This document shows positions 9,417 through 17,680 of a stretch of 64,000 nt of DNA, piece after piece. The notes below the pieces were generated by a model. It was not told the DNA's origin and made no database searches. It worked only from the letters and a program-made list of their open reading frames with translations. This stretch comes from a virus. Where the stretch lies: positions 1-64,000 of IMG/VR virus record IMGVR_UViG_3300019360_000008; one strand, written 5' to 3'. The translations under genes and the position numbers were made by a program. Numbering within the stretch: position 1 is the stretch's first letter; each line of letters begins with the position of its first letter.

Positions 9417-11047
9417 TGTCAACGAACGCCAAAACGGTTCGCGCAGAGGTACTGATCAACTCAGCCGTCGTACCGGTGTCGCAAGTCGTCTTGCGACACC
9501 GGGTAAATGAATTACCCCAGGTTACTTTCAACCTTCAGATCGACAACCGTAGCGAAGGCTCAACCGAGATCAATCTGCCCCTCTTCACCAAGTTCGTGGG
9601 GGACCAGCAGGAATATCTAATCAACCGTTTTCGTACCTTTAACTTTAATGATCTGTCCAATCAGGGTACGATCGACAAGGCCCTGCGGGCCGACCTGGCC
9701 GTGCGGGTCGTGGACGGGGACGACAAGGTCCTGAACTTCTCGGGCTTCCTGTCGCAGCCCAGCTTTTCAGTCTTGCAAGGGGAGCTTGGGCTTACGTTCA
9801 ACGGTATTCATAGCATGGCCGCCATGCAGAACCTCAACCTGCAGCTCTACACGCTGATCCAGCTTTACGCGGTCCGTAACCTCACGATCCCGACCGGCAC
9901 CAACGAATCCTTCAACTCGATCGGCACCCACGTGGATGCCATTCTGCAGAACATCTTCACTCAATTCGAGACGGCACTCAATGTCAGCTCACGCAACTTT
10001 ACCGAGCTTGCCGCCACCCACCAGATCAATAAGGCAGTATACACGAAGTTCGTGAAGAACTTCTTGGACGTCAGTAAGGGACGCACCATAATGCCCCTGG
10101 TGAGCGATCTACTCCCGGCTCAACTCCGCGGTTCCGTGCAGGCTCGGGTTGATGGAGAGATCGAGAGGCAACTGCTCGGCGGACAGAACTTCTTAGATAT
10201 TGTACTGCAAGGCTTTATACCGTCGTTCAAGCTCCAGATGAACTCCAACTGGAACGGACAGACATGGATGGAAGTCATTCGTACTCATGAGGATGTGGGT
10301 CAACGTGTCGTCGTGGCACCTATCGAGAACATCAAGTTCGACGTGGCCGCGTCTATCGAAGCTCCGCTACAGCGCGTCTATGTCCGCTGCGGCCGGCTAG
10401 AACTCTATGGCTTGCTCGACCAACTTTCTAACGGCAATGACTTGCGACAGATGGCCGCGTTCCCGCCCATCACGGATGCGGAGATCAAAGGACAAGCTCC
10501 TGAGTTGGCACCGGGCGTTGCGTACATGGTTGACGCTCCGGAGTGGCTGCAGGACAGCGTGACCACGGCGGACACGCTCAGTCCGACGGACAACTCAGAT
10601 CACACGCTATCCGCCACACTGTCCAAATTCCGTGCCCAAGAGCAGTCCTTCCGGAACGTACAGGAGCAACGGCAACCCATCCTGCAATGGTTGGCTGAAT
10701 TCACCTACAAGGATCACTACCTGCGGTACACCAGCGCATTCGTGACAACTCCGTTAATGCTAGGAGTCGAAGTCGGCAAGACCTACTTGGTGAAAGCGCT
10801 GGACGGTACCGAGCTGTTCACTGGCTATCTGGTGGAAGTGTCTCATGCGATCACGATGGGACAGAAGGACGGTGTCGCTCGAACCAATCTTACGTTCTCC
10901 CACGTCAAAATCAGCGGTGTCAGTCACAACGACTTGTCGTTAGCGCAATACGTCGCGCAGTCTCCGCAACTCGCGACCGTCGAGACCTTCACCCCATCTG
11001 CATCTTCCAAGATCCTGCCCGACACTGAGGAATTGGGTCAAGCCTGA
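9416..11047 (+). CDS. Putative baseplate hub (gp27/GpD-like)
   Basis: 543 aa; beta-rich N-terminus (LNFSGFL) and hub-like C-terminus (FTGYLVEVSHAI..TNLTFSHV); context. Confidence 0.5.
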   Translation: MSTNAKTVRAEVLINSAVVPVSQVVLRHRVNELPQVTFNLQIDNRSEGSTEINLPLFTKFVGDQQEYLINRFRTFNFNDLSNQGTIDKALRADLAVRVVDGDDKVLNFSGFLSQPSFSVLQGELGLTFNGIHSMAAMQNLNLQLYTLIQLYAVRNLTIPTGTNESFNSIGTHVDAILQNIFTQFETALNVSSRNFTELAATHQINKAVYTKFVKNFLDVSKGRTIMPLVSDLLPAQLRGSVQARVDGEIERQLLGGQNFLDIVLQGFIPSFKLQMNSNWNGQTWMEVIRTHEDVGQRVVVAPIENIKFDVAASIEAPLQRVYVRCGRLELYGLLDQLSNGNDLRQMAAFPPITDAEIKGQAPELAPGVAYMVDAPEWLQDSVTTADTLSPTDNSDHTLSATLSKFRAQEQSFRNVQEQRQPILQWLAEFTYKDHYLRYTSAFVTTPLMLGVEVGKTYLVKALDGTELFTGYLVEVSHAITMGQKDGVARTNLTFSHVKISGVSHNDLSLAQYVAQSPQLATVETFTPSASSKILPDTEELGQA

Positions 11048-11051
11048 TAGG

Positions 11052-11080
11052 TTGACGGTGGACCTGAAATGAGGCATTAT
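11052..11080 (+). promoter_or_regulatory. Sigma70-like promoter TTGACG-N17-CATTAT, 6 nt before ATG 11087
   Basis: Direct motif match and spacing. Confidence 0.5.
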
Positions 11081-11086
11081 GCTGGC

Positions 11087-11860
11087 ATGCAGCAGGATGA
11101 CAGCAATACCAGGGACCGACAGGGACAAACCCGGCCAAATCCGGCCAGTATGCCCCAAGCGACTGACCTAAATACCAGGTACTTGCAGTGGCGAACCCGG
11201 CCAAATCCGGACAACATGTCACAGGTAATCAAGGCCCTGCAACCGCATATCGGTTACTCGGTTCAGGCCATCGGCGCTCACGGAGACCCGTACGTGAACA
11301 CAATGGCAAACGTCATCGCTGCCCAGGCCGTCAAAACTTACAACCCGGACATGCCCGGTGCGGCCGGTCTACATACTCACGTTAAGAACCAGCTGCAGCA
11401 GTTGACGCGCATCGCCCGCCGCTCACGGTCTGTCCTGCAGGTACCAGAACGAACACAGCTCGATGCACTCGCGATCCACAGGGCCAAGACCTCCTTCGAG
11501 GAGAAGCATGGCCGGGAAGCCGACGTTGCGGAGCTGGCGGACCACAGCGGATTCTCGGTCAAGCGCATCGAAAAGGTGCTGAAGCAGACCCGCGCCGTAC
11601 CGTCCGAATCCGCCGTCCCAGGCGACGATGAGCAAGACGCGGTCGATTTCACCCCGGAAGCTATGGACTATGTCTATCATGATGCCGACCATGTGGATCG
11701 CAAGATCTTGGAACATAAGACTGGTTACGGCGGGACAGATATTTTACCTCCTGCGCTGGTGGCCCAAAAGCTTGGGCTTACGCCGAGCCAGTTGAGCCGG
11801 CGGTCAGCCAGGTTGGCGCTCAAGATCAACGAACTAGAGCAGAGTTTACGAAGGTTGTAA
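11087..11860 (+). CDS. Phage RNA polymerase sigma factor (sigma-70 family, regions 2-4)
   Basis: Region 2 (AQAVKTYNPD..LHTHV), region 3 (LQVPER; HGREADVAELADHSGFSVKRI), region 4 HTH (VAQKLGLTPSQLSR); start 11087 chosen from promoter position (ORF track gives 11069). Confidence 0.8.
   Translation: MQQDDSNTRDRQGQTRPNPASMPQATDLNTRYLQWRTRPNPDNMSQVIKALQPHIGYSVQAIGAHGDPYVNTMANVIAAQAVKTYNPDMPGAAGLHTHVKNQLQQLTRIARRSRSVLQVPERTQLDALAIHRAKTSFEEKHGREADVAELADHSGFSVKRIEKVLKQTRAVPSESAVPGDDEQDAVDFTPEAMDYVYHDADHVDRKILEHKTGYGGTDILPPALVAQKLGLTPSQLSRRSARLALKINELEQSLRRL
11105..11236 (+). repeat. Degenerate 66-nt tandem duplication at the 5' end of the sigma gene
   Basis: aataccagg...aacccggccaaatccgg..atg at 11105 and 11171; NTRDRQGQTRPNPASM vs NTRYLQWRTRPNPDNM. 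Confidence 0.85.
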
Positions 11861-11869
11861 ATTTGTGCT

Positions 11870-12292
11870 ATGGCTGCAGCGAAGACAACGATCACACGAG
11901 CCCTGAAGGCATTGAAAGACCTTCAGCTGTATCTGACTGCCAAAGTCAGGAAGCCGTTGACGTCGGAGGCGACCTCAGATGGAAAGGGTGGTGAGCTGCT
12001 CGCGCAGTACACCGATTACGACCTGCAGGTCAGCCGCGGTGAGATCCGAACATCTGCCGGGCGCTTCGAGACCTTGGCCGAATTCTGCCTGGCGCGGGAC
12101 TTCCGTAACACGCGGCGCAGTCGTCGCTATATTTACGTTCGTGGTCATCAGGAACGGCTGCGGGCCGCGTTGGCTATCGTGATTGAGTTTGCCGCACAGA
12201 ACCCAGACATGGATCTGGAAAAGCTGGTCGCCCAGAATCCAGACACCTTGCTTGCGGTGGATTACAAAACGCTCAAACAGGTTTTCTCATGA
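11870..12292 (+). CDS. Hypothetical protein
   Basis: 140-aa ORF with ATGA overlap into the gp25-like gene. Confidence 0.6.
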   Translation: MAAAKTTITRALKALKDLQLYLTAKVRKPLTSEATSDGKGGELLAQYTDYDLQVSRGEIRTSAGRFETLAEFCLARDFRNTRRSRRYIYVRGHQERLRAALAIVIEFAAQNPDMDLEKLVAQNPDTLLAVDYKTLKQVFS

Positions 12293-12672
12293 GAGGCGTA
12301 CGCATCGATTTTAATAACGGCAGCTTCGACTTCAACGCTCCGGCACGCGACTTCGAGACGGCCGTTCAGAATGCACTGGTCAATGTCGCGACGGACCTGG
12401 GCTCCGATCCACTTTACCCGGATCGCGGCACCAACCTCCTGCTAGATGGAGTGTCCGGTCGCCTGATCAATAATGCATGGGCTAACCACTCGGCTAACTT
12501 CGCCGCGGTGCAGACTCTCGTGTTCTGCCAAACGGTGGATGACTCTGCTGATACGCACAGGCTGCAGAATTTCCTGCTTGCTCAGGCCAATATTGTTGGG
12601 CAGAAGCTTACGTTGTCGGCCCAAGCAGTTGCCGCCGATGGTCAACGTACTGGACTCATCACCGAAGTATAA
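12289..12672 (+). CDS. Baseplate wedge subunit (gp25/GpW-like)
   Basis: 127 aa with T.LGSDPLYPDRGT.L, matching the gp25 T..G.R...P.FG pattern; precedes a baseplate-J-like gene. Confidence 0.7.
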   Translation: MRGVRIDFNNGSFDFNAPARDFETAVQNALVNVATDLGSDPLYPDRGTNLLLDGVSGRLINNAWANHSANFAAVQTLVFCQTVDDSADTHRLQNFLLAQANIVGQKLTLSAQAVAADGQRTGLITEV

Positions 12673-12673
12673 T

Positions 12674-14665
12674 ATGGCTGACAAAATTTCACTCTCAGAC
12701 TTCATGCCCGCTCCAGCGGACATCGACGCTGCGCGCATTGTCCAGGCTCGCGAAGTCGGCCGCATCTTCCTGAAGTCGTTCTGGCCCGAACTCGACACCC
12801 GACCTAACTCAGTGTTCGGTGACACGATGCTCACCCCTTGGGCTACCATGATGGCCGCGCTGGAAATAGCCCACGAACGCCGCGAATCCGACCTTAACCT
12901 GACCAATCTATCAAACGGCATCGTCTACAACAATGATTTCGCGCTCAAGTTCCTGGCCTCGCTTGGCGTTACCTCGCGGGGGTCCGTGAATACCACCGGG
13001 GTTGTCCGTATGCTGTTCACGGTCAACAAGCAGTACGTGATTGACCCTGCCTCGATTCTCACGTTCAACGGGGTGAACTACAGTTTCAATCCTGAAGAGG
13101 GTGATCCCATCGTGATCCAGCCTGTCGGTACCGTTGGGGCTCGCCGCGTCCTGACCCGCATCGGTGAAGGGCAGTACGTGGTTTACTTCCCGGTGTTCGG
13201 CGCTCCCGGCGGAACTGTCGCGGATGGTGCAGCCGCCACGCACAACATCTCACACTCCGAGCTGACTAGCATTGTGGCCGTCGGTGACTTTGATTCTGGG
13301 CTTCTGGAGGAAGACGTACCTCAGCTGGCCCGCAAAGCCAATCAGATCTTTTACTCGGCTTCGCTGACGACTCGCGGCGGCGCAATAAACTTCGTCCGTC
13401 AGCAGTTCCCCGCCATCCCTGGGATCTCGGCAGTCATCACGGGTGATACCGAGATGTTGCGCGACGTGACCAACCCGATGGGCATCCGGGAAGGTAAACT
13501 GGACCTCTTCGTGAAGTCCCGGACCTCCTACGCTGCCGCCGAACAGGTCATTACTCTGACGCTAGATACTGAGCTGGACGGCTGGGTCGGTAAGCTGTCC
13601 TTCCCGCAGCCGCCTTCATTCTACGATCTCAGTCGCGGCGTCTTCAAGGTTACGAACTTCGACAACGAGGAGTCGATCAATACGGTCTACGCCAAGTCGG
13701 AAGACCCGCGCGTAGACAACGTCGGCATCTCGTTCTCACGGCTGGAAACACTGGGCATCCTGGTGCATGACACCGATCCACAGAACTTTCAGAATCACGT
13801 GATAAGTACGATCACCAATGCATCTAACAACAGCGCAACCATGTCGGCTGAGGGCGTGTACGCCAGCAACATATTCTCGAACGTATTTGAACGATCCGTA
13901 TCCGTTACGTTCCAGAAGGTTGAGGTCGTTGAAGACGACGTCCTGGGTTCTGTTCTCGCGGCCGTAGCTCTTGCGGTTGACCTCAATACCCTTGAGACCA
14001 CCACGGTCTACTTCCTGCCGGACAACACCGGTACGCCGACGATCGGTCAGTCCCGTAAGGACTTCAACTTCGACAAGTTATTCCGTGGCCTGACCCTCAA
14101 GGTCAACAGCGCCCCCGGGGACTTCGTGGCAGCCGACCTGGTCGGTACCAAATTCACCTTCTCGTTCCGCGGGCAGACCGCTGAGTTTTCCGTCAACTTC
14201 TTGATTGACCCCGTGTTGACCAGCGTGGACGCCAAGCTCTCGGACCCAGAGAACAAGCCGGCCGCCGTGGATGTCCTGACGCGCTCGTTCATCCCCTGCC
14301 ACATCAATCAGTTCATCATCAATTACAGGGTGCCTGCAGGTACCACGGTGGATCTCGACACTGCGAAAGGTCAAATATTTCAGTACGTGAACGGTATCGC
14401 TTACCCTAATGCTTTCGAGGAGTCGGTGATCGGCAACATCATGATGGCCGCAGGTGCCAGCGGTATCACGTCACTGGTCAAGAGCGGCACCATATACCCC
14501 AGTCTGGCCAGCATCTTCGTCGACAAGGACGGAGTCGAAACTACTATTCCGCGCGAGATTAGTAGTTCGTTAGTCCCGAGCGTGAATGACTTCGGGGTGG
14601 GTGTCAAAAACCTAACCTATATCCTCGATTTCAACACCATCACCTTCAACGCCACCACGTTCTAA
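12674..14665 (+). CDS. Baseplate wedge protein (gp6/baseplate J-like)
   Basis: PELDTRPNSVFGD..L.P N-terminus and ASLTTRGGA..GDTEMLRD..GKLDLFV; true start most likely ATG 12674. Confidence 0.7.
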   Translation: MADKISLSDFMPAPADIDAARIVQAREVGRIFLKSFWPELDTRPNSVFGDTMLTPWATMMAALEIAHERRESDLNLTNLSNGIVYNNDFALKFLASLGVTSRGSVNTTGVVRMLFTVNKQYVIDPASILTFNGVNYSFNPEEGDPIVIQPVGTVGARRVLTRIGEGQYVVYFPVFGAPGGTVADGAAATHNISHSELTSIVAVGDFDSGLLEEDVPQLARKANQIFYSASLTTRGGAINFVRQQFPAIPGISAVITGDTEMLRDVTNPMGIREGKLDLFVKSRTSYAAAEQVITLTLDTELDGWVGKLSFPQPPSFYDLSRGVFKVTNFDNEESINTVYAKSEDPRVDNVGISFSRLETLGILVHDTDPQNFQNHVISTITNASNNSATMSAEGVYASNIFSNVFERSVSVTFQKVEVVEDDVLGSVLAAVALAVDLNTLETTTVYFLPDNTGTPTIGQSRKDFNFDKLFRGLTLKVNSAPGDFVAADLVGTKFTFSFRGQTAEFSVNFLIDPVLTSVDAKLSDPENKPAAVDVLTRSFIPCHINQFIINYRVPAGTTVDLDTAKGQIFQYVNGIAYPNAFEESVIGNIMMAAGASGITSLVKSGTIYPSLASIFVDKDGVETTIPREISSSLVPSVNDFGVGVKNLTYILDFNTITFNATTF

Positions 14666-14666
14666 C

Positions 14667-16430
14667 ATGGCAGTCCCTAAGAATGTTCGTTCGACCCGCG
14701 TGGGCTTGACGTTCGCACGGCTGGGCACGTTCTGGACCCATACGTTCAAGGACAAGGCCCAGGTGCGTCGGCTGGTCAACCTGGTTCACCAGACTACGGC
14801 TCTGCAACAGTTCGAGTCGACTGCCAACAACCTGGCTGGTATTTCCGGGGAGAAGGACAGGGTTGCCAACGTGGTAGTCTCGTACGACAAACGTGACATC
14901 ATCCAAGCCGGCGACAAGTTCTACAACGACGTGGGGCTCACGTACGGCGATCTCCAGAACTACCAGTTGGTCTATGGTGGCGGCGACACGCAGTTCTGGG
15001 CGCTGCCGATCAAGACCTTCATACCTTTCATCATCCAGTCCCGGACCCGTCGGTTGATCATCGGTATTGACTTCTTTGTCCTGAAGGACGAGTGGATTCT
15101 GTTCCGCTCCAATCCGGTCGACTTGTTCGGCAACGAATGGTTCCTGATTCAGAACGGCAAGCGGAAGAACCAAGGCTGGCTCCTGGAGCGTGCCGTAGGT
15201 GCTGCTCCGGCTGACACCATCGACCATGTGGTCAACTACGCTCGCAATGACCAATCTCCCCGCGCATTGGAGCTGGCGCTGGCGTCCGTGGCTGGCCTAA
15301 AGATACTGAAGACCGACGAACGACTTCTCATCGCCCGTCCGGATGGCCCGGTCACCACGTATACGTTTGAGAATGAGACGATCCGGGTCGGCTATCCGCA
15401 CGAACGGCTAGAGGTCGGCAAGCTGTACCGCAAGGACCACATCATCGGGACTGGCGTTAAGGTTTACCCTGGCGGTCCAACCAACCCGGCATGGTGGCGA
15501 GCGATCGACTGGCGCGGCGGACTCTCACTCGATCCCATTATCGATTTCAAGGGTCTCTTTCTGAAGGATGAGGACGTGACCGCCTATGCCTCCGGTACGG
15601 ACGCTGACAGCGTCGCTGGCAGCAAGGTACATGCACGGCTTGACCTCACTGGCAATTGGGACCTGGAGCATGTTTACTGGGACCGCGTTGCCGCACGGGA
15701 GACCAATCAAGGCTTTTTCCTGAACACGGTCCTCAGTCTGCTGACCGACCAGCAGGTCGCTTCGGCCCGGGTCGACGAGATTGGCACCGGGTATGCGGTT
15801 GATGACACGATCGTTCTGGCCGGCGGGACTTATACGGTGCAGGCGATTCTGCAGGTCACGGCGGTCGATATGTCCGGTGGTGTAACTGGTGTAAGTGTCC
15901 AGGAGGTTGGGGCTTACACGGTAACGCCTGAAAATTCTGTTCAGCAGGGTAGTACCAGCGGATCCGGTGTCGGTGCTGCCTTCACGCTCCTGTGGGCATA
16001 TAGTCCGAGCGCCTATGACGCCTTGGTGGAGCAAACGGCTCTGGCGAATCGGTTGAACCAGATCCTTGGCTATCCCAGGGAGCAGCTCAATCCCAAGGTA
16101 CTGCCACACAACAAGCTGGCTAATCCGATTGACATTTTCTTCCTCGCGGCCCTGAACCCGCGGTGTCTGGTAATCACACTAGATCAGCAAGTAATCCCTT
16201 ACGCGAACCAAGCTGCCCTGTTCCGGTACATAGCGCGAGAACTGCCGCTAGGCGTCTTGTCCATCGTGTTCTGTTACGGTCCCGGACTGCCAGAGGATAC
16301 GTTCGGTCTGGACGACTCAACCGAGGAAGTTTCGGTTATTGACTTCGATGCGGATGATCTACATCAACCCGAAGAGAACTTCGATCTGGTAAACAGCTTG
16401 GATGTCGTTTCGATCACGCAGGAGACATGA
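14667..16430 (+). CDS. Baseplate wedge protein (gp7/GpI position) with an inserted beta module
   Basis: LGTFW N-terminus, SPRALELALASVAG helix, position after baseplate J; GTGYAVDDTI..GAAFTLLW insert. Confidence 0.55.
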   Translation: MAVPKNVRSTRVGLTFARLGTFWTHTFKDKAQVRRLVNLVHQTTALQQFESTANNLAGISGEKDRVANVVVSYDKRDIIQAGDKFYNDVGLTYGDLQNYQLVYGGGDTQFWALPIKTFIPFIIQSRTRRLIIGIDFFVLKDEWILFRSNPVDLFGNEWFLIQNGKRKNQGWLLERAVGAAPADTIDHVVNYARNDQSPRALELALASVAGLKILKTDERLLIARPDGPVTTYTFENETIRVGYPHERLEVGKLYRKDHIIGTGVKVYPGGPTNPAWWRAIDWRGGLSLDPIIDFKGLFLKDEDVTAYASGTDADSVAGSKVHARLDLTGNWDLEHVYWDRVAARETNQGFFLNTVLSLLTDQQVASARVDEIGTGYAVDDTIVLAGGTYTVQAILQVTAVDMSGGVTGVSVQEVGAYTVTPENSVQQGSTSGSGVGAAFTLLWAYSPSAYDALVEQTALANRLNQILGYPREQLNPKVLPHNKLANPIDIFFLAALNPRCLVITLDQQVIPYANQAALFRYIARELPLGVLSIVFCYGPGLPEDTFGLDDSTEEVSVIDFDADDLHQPEENFDLVNSLDVVSITQET

Positions 16431-16460
16431 CGCACAGCGCGTATTGTCGGAACTGGCGAC

Positions 16461-16489
16461 TTGATAGTCAGGTCGTGGCAGCGTAAACT
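16461..16489 (+). promoter_or_regulatory. Sigma70-like promoter TTGATA-N17-TAAACT, 8 nt before ATG 16498
   Basis: Direct motif match. Confidence 0.6.
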
Positions 16490-16497
16490 TCCGTACT

Positions 16498-17109
16498 ATG
16501 GACACGATGAAACTGAGCCTGCGGCTCTCGACACACATTCGCATCCGAAACTTCGATGCAACGGGTAACCTCGTGCGTGAGATTCAAACTCATAATGATT
16601 TCACAAATGCCGCGGCTGATATTATCGCCACCGCACTACTTCGGTCCGGTCCCTCCGCTGTTACGTTCCTGTATGCTCGCTACGGTGGCGCCTTGAATTC
16701 AGGAAACGAAGGTATCATCGTTCCGGCCGACAACGACATCAAGAAGACCGTGCGGGGTGACTTTGTCGCCGCAGGTGGTCCTCGTGGCGGTCTGTGGGTT
16801 CCGCTCCTCGCGACCCCTATTCAATCATCTTCTGACACAACGATATACGTCGGCAATAGGGTCACCTACATGTTCCGTATTCCGTCGAATATCTCGGTAA
16901 GTCAAACCGAAGGCGCGACCTTCGACGCCTCCACCAGCTACATCGCCGCGTTGGGCCTGGCCGTCAGTCCGAACTTCAATAACAACCGTGCTGAGGACCT
17001 GATCATGACGGTCTTGCAATACCCGGATTTCACTCCCACGCCCGAGCCCTTCCTGGTGCCGATGAGCGGACAATCGGCCATCGACTACACGGTGAATTTT
17101 ATCTCATAA
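16498..17109 (+). CDS. Baseplate/fibre-attachment structural protein
   Basis: G.LVREIQTHNDFTNAAADIIA N-terminus typical of collar/gp8-position proteins; context. Confidence 0.5.
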   Translation: MDTMKLSLRLSTHIRIRNFDATGNLVREIQTHNDFTNAAADIIATALLRSGPSAVTFLYARYGGALNSGNEGIIVPADNDIKKTVRGDFVAAGGPRGGLWVPLLATPIQSSSDTTIYVGNRVTYMFRIPSNISVSQTEGATFDASTSYIAALGLAVSPNFNNNRAEDLIMTVLQYPDFTPTPEPFLVPMSGQSAIDYTVNFIS

Positions 17110-17115
17110 AATCTT

Positions 17116-17679
17116 ATGCCATTTAAGGACCCAGCCAAGAGAGCCGAGGCTCGCCGCAAGTGGAAGCAGCAAAATCCACTGAAGGAGCTGGCGTACAATC
17201 GAAAAAGCGACAGAAAACGTCGCGAAAGAAAGTTGGTAAAGCTAAAACTTTGGCGCGAAGTAAACAAGGAAGTACTGGCAGCCAAGAGAAAAACCAAAAG
17301 ACAACTAGATCCTTCTGTACGTGCGAAGCAACGTGCGTATGAGACACGGCGAAGACAGGAAGATCCACAGTACAGGATTAGAAAAAATTTGCGTGATCGC
17401 ACCAGGACTGCGCTGATGAAAGGGCTTGGTAGAAAATCTGCGTCCACTTTGGCACTCATTGGGTGTTCGTGGGAATATCTGATGCTGCACATCGCCAGGC
17501 AGTTTCAGGCAGGCATGTCTTGGGAAAACTACGGACTGTGGGAGTTGGACCATAAGCAACCTTGCGCTAGTTTTAACCTGACAATTCCGGAGCAGCAACG
17601 CATTTGCTTCAACTGGTGCAACATCCAGCCGTTGTGGAAAACTGATAATAGAAGAAAGAGCGACAAGCTCGTAGCTTGA
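17116..17679 (+). CDS. Free-standing HNH-family (putative homing) endonuclease
   Basis: K/R-rich helical N-terminus plus GCS..L..H...QF..GMSWENYG.WELDHKQPCASF..CFNWCNIQPLW..DNRRK; visibly more AT-rich than neighbours. Confidence 0.8.
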   Translation: MPFKDPAKRAEARRKWKQQNPLKELAYNRKSDRKRRERKLVKLKLWREVNKEVLAAKRKTKRQLDPSVRAKQRAYETRRRQEDPQYRIRKNLRDRTRTALMKGLGRKSASTLALIGCSWEYLMLHIARQFQAGMSWENYGLWELDHKQPCASFNLTIPEQQRICFNWCNIQPLWKTDNRRKSDKLVA

Positions 17680-17680
17680 T

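Noticed and set aside
11105-11236. Diversity-generating retroelement TR/VR pair (also considered at 28.1-28.5 kb)
   Set aside because: Mismatches are not adenine-specific and no reverse transcriptase is present
12473-12673. ORF-track N-terminal extensions (12473, 26314, 28811, 60889, 62177)
   Set aside because: They overlap upstream genes, promoters or hairpins; downstream ATGs fit coupling and promoter geometry better
17110-17680. Group I intron around the HNH gene
   Set aside because: No room for ribozyme sequence; both flanking genes have their own stop and start
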